A stretch of DNA of 64,000 nt from Clostridia bacterium (GCA_017501545.1 JAFVWS010000014.1:14180-78179), one strand, 5' to 3'. Counted from the first letter of the stretch, positions 8,831-18,219 are shown. Numbers and translations: made by a program. Notes: a model not told the origin generated them from the letters alone.

Positions 8831-10966
8831 ATGGAGCTATATACCCCTGTTAAGAAGCTTTATGGTGTAGGTGAAAAGCTTGAGCGCACGCTTCATAGTG
8901 GTGGGCTTTTTACAGTTGATGATATGCTACACCATTTACCAAGAGCTTATCAAAACAGAGCTGACTTTAGGCCTTTAAGTGACGAAGGCTCATATGGTGA
9001 ATATCATTCATATATATTAACTATCGCAAATGAGCCAAGGGCGGCAATGATTAGGCGTGGTATGAACCTGCTCAAATTTCGAGCCTTCGACGAAAGTGGT
9101 ACTGTAAATATAACTTACTTCAACCAAAACTATTTAAAGGAAGTATTTCACCAAGGTGCAACCTTTAGATTTTGGGGCAAGGTGACAAAGGAAAAGCGTA
9201 CCCTGTGTATGAATTCGCCAGCTTATGAGCCTATTTTGCCTACCAAGGAATTAGATGCACTTATACCTGTTTATCCTATGTTTTCAGGTATGAATCAAAA
9301 GCTGTTTGCGAAGCTTCAAAAAGAGATTATCTCTTCTCTGCCCGAGTTTTTGGTTGACTATTTGCCAGACAAGGTTCGCGAGGAGAATAAGCTTTGCACG
9401 CTTACGTATGCATATGAAAACATACACTTTCCTAAAAGCGAGGAGGCGCTTGACCGTGCAATTAAGCGCTTAACCTTTGACGAGCTATATCTTTTTGCAT
9501 TGTCCCTATCTAAAATAAAAAAGGTACAAAGGGAAAGGCTTGCCCCTGCCATTTCAAATAATGATATTGGTGAGCTTTTAAACAGCTTACCTTACACACC
9601 AACAGGCGCTCAAATGCGAGCTATAAACGATGTGATTTCCGATATGTGCGCAAAGCATGGCGAGGAAGCCACCATCCCTATGAACAGAATTGTTGTTGGT
9701 GACGTTGGCAGTGGCAAAACGCTTTGTGCTGCGGCTGCTGCATATTTAACCTGCAAGAATGGTTATCAATGTGCGCTTATGACGCCGACAGAAATTCTTG
9801 CCAACCAGCATTACGAAACGCTGAAGCCGATGTTTGACAATCTTGGAATTAGCTGTGAGCTTTTAACCGGTTCAACTCCTGCAAAGGAGAAAAAAGCGAT
9901 ACTGGGTCGACTAATTAGTGGCGAATGCTCTTTTATAATAGGCACACATGCATTAATTCAGGACAGCGTTAAATTTGACAAGCTTGCGCTTGCTATTACT
10001 GATGAGCAGCATCGCTTTGGTGCTAACCAGCGCTCTTCTCTATCAAGCAAGGGTTACTTTGCTCACACGATGGTTATGAGCGCAACTCCTATTCCAAGAA
10101 CCTTATCTTTTATGCTATATGGCGATCTTGACATCTCGCTTATTGATGAAATGCCTCCTGGCAGAAAAAAGGTCCTCACCTACGCAGTTGACGAAAGCTA
10201 TCGCTTAAGGCTGAATGAATTCATAAGAAAGCAAGTAAGTGAAGGCAGACAGGTTTACATCGTTTGTCCAAGCGTAGAGGAGAAGAAGGAGGATATTGAT
10301 AACGTTTCCGACTTTGACCCCTTCACTACGTTATACAGCGAGGCTCAGCCTCCACTCAAGTCTGCGGTTGATTTTGCCAGTGAGCTTAGTGAAAAATACT
10401 TCCCAGATTTAAATATTGCTTTTATTCACGGAAAGCTAAAGGGCAAGGAAAAGGACAAAATTATGTCAGAATTTTCCCTTGGTAACATTGACATTCTCGT
10501 TTCCACAACTGTTATTGAGGTTGGTGTAAACGTACCAAATGCAACGCTTATGATTGTTGAAAATGCCGAGCGCTTTGGTCTATCACAGCTTCACCAGTTA
10601 AGGGGACGCGTTGGTCGTGGAAGCGCGCAATCCTATTGTATCTTAGTATCAGACTCTAAGGGTGAAAGCGCAAAAGAGCGACTAAATATAATGAAAACAA
10701 TTTACGACGGATACACAATTGCCGAGCGTGACCTGCAGATGAGAGGTCCTGGTGACTTCTTCTCCTCCACTGAAAGCGTGCGTCAATCGGGACAAATGAA
10801 CCTTGGCATTTCAAAATCATGCACTGATATGGTTCTTGTCCATTCTGCATTTGAAAGTGCAAAAAACACTCTTTCCTTCGACCCTACTCTATCCTCAGTT
10901 GAAAACGCAAAAATAAGAGATATGGTAGAAAAAATGTGCGACGAAAAAGCAGGCACAATTAATTAA
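8831..10966 (+). CDS. recG: ATP-dependent DNA helicase RecG
   Basis: 711 aa. Walker A GDVGSGKT, DEQHRFG box, QLHQLRGRVGRG motif VI, and an N-terminal wedge-domain region. Confidence 0.95.
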   Translation: MELYTPVKKLYGVGEKLERTLHSGGLFTVDDMLHHLPRAYQNRADFRPLSDEGSYGEYHSYILTIANEPRAAMIRRGMNLLKFRAFDESGTVNITYFNQNYLKEVFHQGATFRFWGKVTKEKRTLCMNSPAYEPILPTKELDALIPVYPMFSGMNQKLFAKLQKEIISSLPEFLVDYLPDKVREENKLCTLTYAYENIHFPKSEEALDRAIKRLTFDELYLFALSLSKIKKVQRERLAPAISNNDIGELLNSLPYTPTGAQMRAINDVISDMCAKHGEEATIPMNRIVVGDVGSGKTLCAAAAAYLTCKNGYQCALMTPTEILANQHYETLKPMFDNLGISCELLTGSTPAKEKKAILGRLISGECSFIIGTHALIQDSVKFDKLALAITDEQHRFGANQRSSLSSKGYFAHTMVMSATPIPRTLSFMLYGDLDISLIDEMPPGRKKVLTYAVDESYRLRLNEFIRKQVSEGRQVYIVCPSVEEKKEDIDNVSDFDPFTTLYSEAQPPLKSAVDFASELSEKYFPDLNIAFIHGKLKGKEKDKIMSEFSLGNIDILVSTTVIEVGVNVPNATLMIVENAERFGLSQLHQLRGRVGRGSAQSYCILVSDSKGESAKERLNIMKTIYDGYTIAERDLQMRGPGDFFSSTESVRQSGQMNLGISKSCTDMVLVHSAFESAKNTLSFDPTLSSVENAKIRDMVEKMCDEKAGTIN

Positions 10967-10969
10967 TTT

Positions 10970-11018
10970 TAAAAGCGCCCTTGGATTTGCAGTTTTGCCC
11001 AGGCGCTTTTTTGTTTTT
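10970..11018 (+). terminator. Rho-independent terminator after recG
   Basis: AAAAGCGCC...GGCGCTTTTTTGTTTTT with an imperfect extended stem. Confidence 0.7.
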
Positions 11019-11037
11019 ATCAACAATATATTGTTGA
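11018..11037. repeat. Perfect 20-bp palindrome ATCAACAATATATTGTTGAT
   Basis: Read directly from the sequence. Lies 117 nt upstream of the XRE-family gene, immediately after the recG terminator. Confidence 0.9.
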
Positions 11038-11153
11038 TTATCTTGCCAAAGTACATTATATAATATAGTATTTTATATGAAACTAAATCGCACATTTTAC
11101 TTTACAAAAGTGTATAATAGTTTCATTAATCTAATTTTCCAAGGAGAGGCATT

Positions 11154-11444
11154 ATGAACATCGGAGAAAAAATAAGAAACGCCAGAGAAGATTTAGACCT
11201 ATCCCAAGAGGAAATTGCACGTCAAATTCCTATGAGTCAGTCAGGCTATTCTAAAATTGAACGCAACGTGCAAGAGCCAAGTCTTATGCAGCTTCGTCGC
11301 ATTTGCCAGATTTTAAACATAAGCGCTGATTTTCTTCTCGCCCTCAACTTTTTCAATTCTTTGTCTGAAAATGATTTAACCCTACTTTACGAAATAAAAT
11401 CAGCAATTAAGAAATACTCAGACAAGCAAGAGGAAAACAACTAA
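11154..11444 (+). CDS. XRE-family helix-turn-helix transcriptional regulator (96 aa, single gene)
   Basis: IGEKIRNAREDLDLSQEEIARQIPMSQSGYSKIERNVQEPSLMQLRRICQILNISADFLL is a classic Cro/C1 HTH. AGGAGAGG RBS. Confidence 0.85.
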   Translation: MNIGEKIRNAREDLDLSQEEIARQIPMSQSGYSKIERNVQEPSLMQLRRICQILNISADFLLALNFFNSLSENDLTLLYEIKSAIKKYSDKQEENN

Positions 11445-11449
11445 AAGAA

Positions 11450-11477
11450 AAAAGACCTGAAATTCAGGTCTTTTTTA
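11450..11477. terminator. Bidirectional rho-independent terminator
   Basis: AAAAAAGACCTGAA-A-TTCAGGTCTTTTTT, flanked by A and T runs, between convergent genes. Confidence 0.85.
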
Positions 11478-12962
11478 TTATCCGTGGAATAATTTTTTAG
11501 TTTGATATACGGGCTCACAGGTGAGCTGTACGCCAAGCTTTCTAAATGTTGCAACATCAACTGGAGATAAAATAACTGATGAATGAAGCTCTGCGTTCTT
11601 TAGTCCCTCAATAGCATCCATCGCCCTCTTTGCTGTTTCATCCTTTGCAGCAGTAATTGCAAGAGCAATTAAAACCTCATCGGTATGAAGCCTTGGGTTA
11701 TGGTTTCCAAGGTTTTCGATTTTAAGCCTTTGAACCGGCTCTAAAACCTCATGAGAAATAATATCTATTTCCTTATCAATCCCTGCAAGAACCTTTATTG
11801 CGTTTACTAAAACTGCACTTGATGCACCGAGCAAGGAAGATGTTTTTCCAGTAACTATTCTTCCATCTGGCAACTCAATTGCTGCAGCCGGAGCGCCTGT
11901 TTCCTCGGCTCTGTCAAGAGCGGCTTGAATACATTTTCTTTGCTTTGCATTTATAGAGCTTTGGTTCATAAGAAGCTTTATCTTATTAATTTCCTCGTCA
12001 CACATATTGCCCTTTCTTTGCTGGCAAAGTGCGTTATAGTATCTTCTTATAATCTCGTTGTTTGCACTTTCCTTTACTGCCTCGTCGTCAAAAATGCAGT
12101 TGCCTGCCATATTAACGCCCATATCAGTTGGAGATTTATATGGGCACTCTCCCATAATTCCCTCGTACATAGCGCGCAAAACTGGGAAAATTTCAACGTC
12201 ACGGTTGTAGTTTACTGCAGTTGTACCATATGCCTCCAAGTGGAATGGGTCAATCATATTTATGTCGTTTAGGTCAGCTGTTGCAGCCTCATACGCTACG
12301 TTAACTGGGTGAGAAAGAGGAATATTCCAAATTGGGAAGGTTTCAAACTTTGCGTATCCTGCATTTACGCCACGCTTATGCTCGTGGTAAATTTGTGATA
12401 GGCACGTTGCCATCTTTCCACTACCTGGTCCTGGTGCTGTAACTACTACAAGCGAGCGCTCAGTCTCTATGTACTCGTTTTGACCATATCCCTCATCGCT
12501 TACAATATAATCAATATCGTATGGGTAATTCTTTATTGCATAGTGCTTGTAAACCTTAATGCCAAGCGCCTCAAGCTTATTCTTGAAGCCCTCTACTGCT
12601 GAGCTTGAGTCGTATCTTGTAAGCACAACGCTTCCAACATAAAGTCCAAAGCCACGGAATGCATCAATTAGTCTTAATACATCAAGGTCATAGGTGATGC
12701 CGAGGTCGCCTCTAACCTTGTTTTTTTCTATATCAGCAGAATTTACTGCTATAATGATTTCTGCCTGATCCTTAAGCTCAGTAAGCATTCTGATTTTACT
12801 ATCTGGCTCAAAGCCTGGCAATACTCTTGATGCATGATAGTCGTCAAAAAGCTTGCCACCAAATTCAAGATAAAGCTTGCCACCAAACTGCGCTATTCTT
12901 TCCTTAATCTTTTCCGATTGTAGCTTAAGATATTTATTATTATCAAAACCTATTCTATACAC
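11478..12962 (-). CDS. DUF1846 / UPF0371 family protein
   Basis: 494 aa. The N-terminus FGGKLYLEFGGKLFDDYHASRVLPGFEPD matches the conserved UPF0371 signature as I remember it from streptococcal proteins. Confidence 0.8.
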   Translation of the reverse strand: MYRIGFDNNKYLKLQSEKIKERIAQFGGKLYLEFGGKLFDDYHASRVLPGFEPDSKIRMLTELKDQAEIIIAVNSADIEKNKVRGDLGITYDLDVLRLIDAFRGFGLYVGSVVLTRYDSSSAVEGFKNKLEALGIKVYKHYAIKNYPYDIDYIVSDEGYGQNEYIETERSLVVVTAPGPGSGKMATCLSQIYHEHKRGVNAGYAKFETFPIWNIPLSHPVNVAYEAATADLNDINMIDPFHLEAYGTTAVNYNRDVEIFPVLRAMYEGIMGECPYKSPTDMGVNMAGNCIFDDEAVKESANNEIIRRYYNALCQQRKGNMCDEEINKIKLLMNQSSINAKQRKCIQAALDRAEETGAPAAAIELPDGRIVTGKTSSLLGASSAVLVNAIKVLAGIDKEIDIISHEVLEPVQRLKIENLGNHNPRLHTDEVLIALAITAAKDETAKRAMDAIEGLKNAELHSSVILSPVDVATFRKLGVQLTCEPVYQTKKLFHG

Positions 12963-12983
12963 AATTAAAACCCCTCAAAATGC

Positions 12984-14216
12984 TCATTTTAGCCTAATAT
13001 GCACAGGCATACCATTTTCATATTTAATCGGCTTCTCGCCTAAGATAAGTGGTGTAATATAATCAATACATTTCTTTGTTACGTTGTTGCCCTTTTCATT
13101 TATATACTCGCGTGGAACAAACTTAACCTTGTTAGCAACGTGGCTAACTGGAACCTTAGTTATTTCGATTTTGTAGCCGCTTTCATCGCTACGCACCATA
13201 GAAACCATTTCACCAGTAGCGCCATCCTGCGCAAGGGAAACAGCACTTTTTCCCACCAAAATGCTTTCATCTATATCAGTTGCTGAAGCAATGTGCGAGG
13301 CGCAGCGTTGAAGAAGGTTTAGTTCAACCGAGCGTACCTTACAGCCGATTTCCCTCTTGACAAGTGCCTCAAGATTTTTAGCTGTGCCAGCTAAGTATTT
13401 ATGTCCAAAAACATCCACTGCCCCGCTTTGATTGCTTGCGCCAACGTAGCTTCCGTTTTCGTATCTAATGCCCTCACTAACTGCGACAACAACGTTTGGA
13501 TGCTTCTCAAGCTCTGCCATTACGTCATCCAAAAACTCGTTATCGTAGAATGGAACCTCAGGTAGATAAATCAAATCCGCACCAATGCCCGTATAATACT
13601 TAGGCAATGCAGCAGCACAGGTAAGCCAGCCTGAATCTCTACCCATCATTTCAACAATAGTAACTGCCTTCACCTTATAAACCGAGCAATCAGTTGCAAT
13701 TTCCTTAATGGCAGTAGCAATAAACTTAGCAGCCGAGCCAAAGCCTGGGGTGTGGTCGATTTCTGGCAAGTCGTTATCGATTGTTTTAGGCACACCAACT
13801 ACTCTTATTTCATAATCAACGGTTTTTGCATATTCCGAAAGCTTGTACACCGTGTCCATCGAATCATTGCCACCGATATAGAAAAAGTATCTTATATTGT
13901 GGCTTTTGAAAATTTCAAAAATTCTTTGGTAAAGCCCCAAATCCTCACTTAGAGGTGGTAGCTTTTTACGGCATGAGCCAAGCGCGCTTGCAGGAGTAAG
14001 CTCAAGTGAAGAAAGCTTTTTTTCATCAAAAAACAATCCCGAAAGGTCGATAATATTACCCTCAAGGAATCCCTCTATGCCATTTACCATACCATAGAGC
14101 TTTACAATTGCATCACTGTCAGCAGCGCCACGAATTACACCTGAAAGTGTGGCATTAATTGCCGAGGTGGGACCACCTGACTGACCAACAATTGCGTTTC
14201 CCTTAAGCAAAGCCAT
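12984..14216 (-). CDS. pfp: Pyrophosphate-dependent 6-phosphofructokinase (diphosphate--fructose-6-phosphate 1-phosphotransferase)
   Basis: 410 aa. GQSGGPTSAIN, GGNDS (Asp at the E. coli G104 position) and PKTIDND (Lys at the G124 position) are the PPi-type signature. Confidence 0.85.
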   Translation of the reverse strand: MALLKGNAIVGQSGGPTSAINATLSGVIRGAADSDAIVKLYGMVNGIEGFLEGNIIDLSGLFFDEKKLSSLELTPASALGSCRKKLPPLSEDLGLYQRIFEIFKSHNIRYFFYIGGNDSMDTVYKLSEYAKTVDYEIRVVGVPKTIDNDLPEIDHTPGFGSAAKFIATAIKEIATDCSVYKVKAVTIVEMMGRDSGWLTCAAALPKYYTGIGADLIYLPEVPFYDNEFLDDVMAELEKHPNVVVAVSEGIRYENGSYVGASNQSGAVDVFGHKYLAGTAKNLEALVKREIGCKVRSVELNLLQRCASHIASATDIDESILVGKSAVSLAQDGATGEMVSMVRSDESGYKIEITKVPVSHVANKVKFVPREYINEKGNNVTKKCIDYITPLILGEKPIKYENGMPVHIRLK

Positions 14217-14263
14217 ATTATCTCCTCCGTTTTGAATATTTTGTCAAATTAATTACAACAATA

Positions 14264-14292
14264 AGTATACCACAATTTAAGTTAAAAGTCAA
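14264..14292 (-). promoter_or_regulatory. Sigma-A promoter TTGACT-17-TATACT with TG extension for pfp-DUF1846
   Basis: Reverse complement reads TTGACTtttaacttaaattgTGgTATACT, about 45 nt upstream of the pfp ATG. Confidence 0.6.
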
Positions 14293-14465
14293 ATAAAAAC
14301 GCGCGTTTTTTTATGTTTTTTAGCGCTGTTTTTGATTTATTTTTCTAAAATGTTGTTTTTTGACAATTTTCAAGAGTTTTTTGAGTTTTTTGAAGCATTT
14401 TTGGGCACTATTCACAAAAAAATTGTAAAAATTTTATTTTTTCTATTTATTTTCACAACAAACTA

Positions 14466-14474
14466 TGATATAAT
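14466..14474 (+). promoter_or_regulatory. Extended -10 element TGaTATAAT upstream of hpf
   Basis: TGATATAAT lies 58 nt upstream of the hpf ATG. The -35 is poor. Confidence 0.45.
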
Positions 14475-14531
14475 AAAGACAGCAAGAGGGCTTAGTCCTT
14501 CTTGAAATCCATTAGCAAAGAGGTACACACT

Positions 14532-15047
14532 ATGAAGATGAATTTCACAGCTCGACAAATGAAGGTTTACGATTCGGTTAAGGAAATGGCGGAGAAAAAG
14601 CTTGCCAAGTTCGATAAGTTTTTCGGTGCCGATGCCGAAATGGACCTCACCTTTTCAATGCCAAACGGACTTGAAATGATTGAAATCACCATTCGCTCAC
14701 AGGGTATGGTATTTCGTGCCGAGGAGGCATCTGATACCTTTGCAAACGCAGTAGACAGCGCAATCGATGCACTTGAAAGGCAAATAAGAAAAAACAAGAC
14801 CCGCTTACAAAAGAGATTTAAGGCTGAGTCCTTTGATATTATTGACACAGATGACGGCGAAGAGGAATACGTACAAAGCGTAAGGACAAAGACCTTCCCA
14901 TTCAAGCCTATGAGTGTTGAGGAAGCAATTTTGCAAATGAATATGCTTGGACATGATTTCTTCGTATTCAAGGATGCTGACACGCTTGAAACCTGCGTGG
15001 TTTACAAGCGCAAAAATGGTGGCTATGGTTTAATTGTTCCCGAATAA
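14532..15047 (+). CDS. hpf: Ribosome hibernation-promoting factor, long form
   Basis: S30AE N-domain plus C-terminal dimerisation domain (FKPMSVEEAILQMNMLGHDFFVFKD). Start set at the ATG preceded by AAAGAGG; the track ORF begins at an upstream TTG. Confidence 0.9.
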   Translation: MKMNFTARQMKVYDSVKEMAEKKLAKFDKFFGADAEMDLTFSMPNGLEMIEITIRSQGMVFRAEEASDTFANAVDSAIDALERQIRKNKTRLQKRFKAESFDIIDTDDGEEEYVQSVRTKTFPFKPMSVEEAILQMNMLGHDFFVFKDADTLETCVVYKRKNGGYGLIVPE

Positions 15048-15057
15048 TAAAACATAC

Positions 15058-15096
15058 ACAGGGTGGGCAAAATTGCTCACCCTGTATCTGTTTTTG
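15058..15096 (+). terminator. Rho-independent terminator after hpf
   Basis: ACAGGGTGGGC...GCTCACCCTGT stem followed by ATCTGTTTTT. Confidence 0.75.
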
Positions 15097-15155
15097 GCGA
15101 TTTTTTGCACGTCGCGCTATATTCATTGCTTTATGCGCGTTTTTTCTCATTTTTA

Positions 15156-15184
15156 TTGAATTTATACCTAAAATATGGTAATAT
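15156..15184 (+). promoter_or_regulatory. Sigma-A promoter TTGAAT-17-TAATAT (TG-extended) for the deo operon
   Basis: TTGAATttatacctaaaataTGgTAATAT, about 30 nt before the deoC ATG. Confidence 0.5.
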
Positions 15185-15213
15185 AATTATGTAGACTAAT
15201 TTCGGAGGTTAAT

Positions 15214-15891
15214 ATGGATATTAAAAGAATTTTATCAATGGTTGACCACACCTACCTTAAGCAAAGCGCTACGTGGGATGATATAAAAAGGACCTGTGAC
15301 GAGGGTATTAAATACCAAACTGCATCCATTTGTATTCCACCCTCTTTCGTTAAGCGCGCAAAGGAATATTGCCAAGATAGAGTTAAAATTTGCACTGTGA
15401 CAGGCTTTCCAAACGGCTACTCCACCGTACGTGCTAAGTGCTTCGAGTCACAAGAGGCTGTTTTAAATGGTGCTGACGAAATTGACACTGTAATCAACAT
15501 TGGCGATTTAAAGAGTGAGAATTACGACAAGGTTTTATCAGATTTAAAGGACATCAAAGCATCTTGCCAAGGTAAAACATTAAAGGTAATTATTGAAGCC
15601 TGTCTTTTAAGCGAATACGAGAAAATTAAAATGTGTGAGCTTGTTAGCAAGAGTGGTGCTGATTTTATAAAAACCTCTACTGGCTTTAGCACTGGTGGTG
15701 CAACACGCGAGGATATTATTCTCTTCTCAAAGCACATATCTCCAGAATTAAAAATCAAGGCTGCGGGTGGGATTTCCTCACTTGAGGATGCTGAGGAATT
15801 TATAAATCTTGGCGCGTCAAGGCTTGGCACCAGCCGTATTGTAGGAATTTTAGAAAAGGATGGTAAGGAAAATGTCAACTCCTCATATTAA
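15214..15891 (+). CDS. deoC: Deoxyribose-phosphate aldolase
   Basis: 225 aa class I aldolase. VDHTYLK and the Schiff-base region DFIKTSTGF. Confidence 0.92.
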   Translation: MDIKRILSMVDHTYLKQSATWDDIKRTCDEGIKYQTASICIPPSFVKRAKEYCQDRVKICTVTGFPNGYSTVRAKCFESQEAVLNGADEIDTVINIGDLKSENYDKVLSDLKDIKASCQGKTLKVIIEACLLSEYEKIKMCELVSKSGADFIKTSTGFSTGGATREDIILFSKHISPELKIKAAGGISSLEDAEEFINLGASRLGTSRIVGILEKDGKENVNSSY

Positions 15892-16597
15892 TGCAGAAAA
15901 CGGTTCATTTGCAAGGACGGTTTTAATGCCTGGCGACCCACTGCGCGCAAAATTTATTGCTGAAAGCTTTTTAGACAATGCTAAGCTTGTAAATAACGTG
16001 CGTGGAATTCAAGGCTACACTGGTACATATAAGGGTGTGCCTGTTAGTGTAATGGCAAGTGGAATGGGTATGCCATCAATTGGCATTTATTCATATGAGC
16101 TTTACTCATTTTTTGGTGTTGAAAATATTATAAGGGTTGGCTCAGCAGGTGGTATGCAAGAAAGCGTTAAGGTACGCGATATTGTCATTGGAATGGGCGC
16201 TTGCACAAACTCAAGCTTTGCCTCACAATATGCTTTACCCGGCACCTTTGCTCCTATCTCAAGCTATAAATTACTTCGCACCTGTGTCGATAAAGCAGAG
16301 TTTTTTGGGCTCAACTGCCACGTTGGAAACATTCTCTCCAGCGACACATTTTACAGTGAGTTCGACATGTCAAGAAAAGAGGGTGAGGACTCGCCTTGGA
16401 AGAAGATGGGCGTTTTAGCTGTTGAGATGGAGGCTGCTGCTTTATATATGACTGCATCAAGGCTTGGTAAAAACGCTCTTGCTATTTGTACTGTATCCGA
16501 CCACTTATTAACCGGTGAGGCGACAACAAGCGAGGAAAGGCAAAAAACCTTTACCGATATGATTACTCTTGCTCTCGAGGTGGCGATAGATTTATGA
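15872..16597 (+). CDS. deoD: Purine nucleoside phosphorylase, DeoD type
   Basis: MSTPHINAENGSFARTVLMPGDPLRAKFIAE parallels the E. coli DeoD N-terminus. Start taken at the second ATG (15872); 15860 is also possible. Confidence 0.9.
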   Translation: MSTPHINAENGSFARTVLMPGDPLRAKFIAESFLDNAKLVNNVRGIQGYTGTYKGVPVSVMASGMGMPSIGIYSYELYSFFGVENIIRVGSAGGMQESVKVRDIVIGMGACTNSSFASQYALPGTFAPISSYKLLRTCVDKAEFFGLNCHVGNILSSDTFYSEFDMSRKEGEDSPWKKMGVLAVEMEAAALYMTASRLGKNALAICTVSDHLLTGEATTSEERQKTFTDMITLALEVAIDL

Positions 16598-17754
16598 GGC
16601 GAGTATTTTTAATTGTGCTTGACAGCTTCGGCATTGGAGCCATGCCTGACGCTGAGCAATTTGGCGATGCAGGTGCAAACACGTTAAGAAGCGTATCAAA
16701 AACAAAAGAGCTTAAAATTCCAAGCCTAATTTCGCTTGGCCTTGGCAATATAGACGGCGTAGACTCTATAGAAAAAGCAGACACTCCCCTTGGTGTTTTT
16801 GCACGCTTGGACGAAAAATCGAATGGCAAGGACACAACTGTTGGGCACTGGGAAATTGCAGGACTCATATCAAATCAAGCATTACCGACATATCAAAACG
16901 GCTTTGATGATGAAATCATAAAGGAATTTGAAAAAAGAACTGGTAGACGCGTAATTTGCAACAAGCCCTATTCTGGCACAGAGGTAATCAAGGACTACGG
17001 GCGTGAGCACATTGAAACTGGTGCCTTGATTGTGTACACCTCAGCCGATAGCGTTTTTCAAATTGCGGCACACGAAAGTTACGTACCACTAAACGAGCTT
17101 TATAGATACTGTCAAATAGCAAGAGAAATGCTTGTTGGCAAGTGGGGTGTTGGACGTGTAATAGCCAGACCCTTTGTCGGAGATTTTCCTAATTTCAAAA
17201 GAACCGCAAATCGCCGTGACTTCTCTCTTGAGCCGAATGGAAAAACGCTTCTTGACTCGCTAAAGGAAAATGGACTTGACGTAATTTCCGTTGGAAAAAT
17301 CAGTGATATTTTTGCAGGACGTGGAATTACCAAGGGTCACAAAACCCATTCAAACTTAGAGGGTATAAAGAAAACCATCGAGCTACAAAAAGAGGACTTT
17401 TCAGGGCTTGCATTTATAAACCTTGTCGATTTTGATATGGTTTATGGTCACAGAAATGATGCCATTGGCTACGCAAGGGCTTTATCTGAATTTGATAGCT
17501 TCCTGCCAGAAATAATTAATGGCTTAAGGGACGACGACCTCTTAATAATAACTGCCGACCACGGGTGTGACCCAGGTGATATTAGTACTGACCATACAAG
17601 AGAATACGTGCCACTCTTGATATATAAAAACAACATAAGGGCTAAAGGACTTGGCACGCTTTCATCCTTTAGCGTAATCGCTTCAACCATAGCAGAGTAT
17701 TTAAATGTTGGCTTTAGGTCTGAAGCGCCAAGCATTTTAAATGAAGTTTTATGA
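16594..17754 (+). CDS. deoB: Phosphopentomutase
   Basis: 386 aa. LDSFGIG and TADHGCDP metal motifs. ATGA start/stop overlap with deoD. Confidence 0.93.
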   Translation: MRRVFLIVLDSFGIGAMPDAEQFGDAGANTLRSVSKTKELKIPSLISLGLGNIDGVDSIEKADTPLGVFARLDEKSNGKDTTVGHWEIAGLISNQALPTYQNGFDDEIIKEFEKRTGRRVICNKPYSGTEVIKDYGREHIETGALIVYTSADSVFQIAAHESYVPLNELYRYCQIAREMLVGKWGVGRVIARPFVGDFPNFKRTANRRDFSLEPNGKTLLDSLKENGLDVISVGKISDIFAGRGITKGHKTHSNLEGIKKTIELQKEDFSGLAFINLVDFDMVYGHRNDAIGYARALSEFDSFLPEIINGLRDDDLLIITADHGCDPGDISTDHTREYVPLLIYKNNIRAKGLGTLSSFSVIASTIAEYLNVGFRSEAPSILNEVL

Positions 17755-18188
17755 TTGGTAGGAATACAATGGACGACAAGATTTATTTAGATTTAATTGA
17801 AAAGGCTACGTATGCAAGAGTTAATGCATACGCGCCCTATTCCGGCTACAAGGTAGGCGCTGCTCTGCTTTGCAGTGACGGCACTGTTTTTAAAGGTGCC
17901 AACATAGAAAACAGCGCATTTTCAGAAACAGTTTGTGCAGAGCGAGTTGCGTTTTTCAACGCAATCAGCAAGGGTGGTGACAGACGCGACTTCAAGGCTA
18001 TTGCAATAGTCGGGGGCAAAAATAATAAAATCATAGACTTCGCCTCCCCTTGTGGTGCGTGCCGTCAGGTTATGCGTGAGTTTTGCTCAGACAAGTTTGA
18101 AATTATACTCTATAACGGCAAGGAAATACAGGTACATACGCTATACGATATGCTACCATATGACTTTAGCGCGAAGAACCTAAAATAA
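17751..18188 (+). CDS. cdd: Cytidine deaminase
   Basis: Zinc motifs CAERVA and PCGACRQ. ATGA overlap with deoB; an alternative start lies at 17769. Confidence 0.9.
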   Translation: MIGRNTMDDKIYLDLIEKATYARVNAYAPYSGYKVGAALLCSDGTVFKGANIENSAFSETVCAERVAFFNAISKGGDRRDFKAIAIVGGKNNKIIDFASPCGACRQVMREFCSDKFEIILYNGKEIQVHTLYDMLPYDFSAKNLK

Positions 18189-18219
18189 TTAAAAATCATC
18201 CACGTGGTGAGGTTTTTAT

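Noticed and set aside
14296-14312. AAAAACGCGCGTTTTTTT as a bidirectional terminator.
   Set aside because: The palindrome has no loop, since ACGCGCGT is contiguous, and no gene ends on either side. It lies between two divergent promoters, so it is treated as part of the A/T-tract region.
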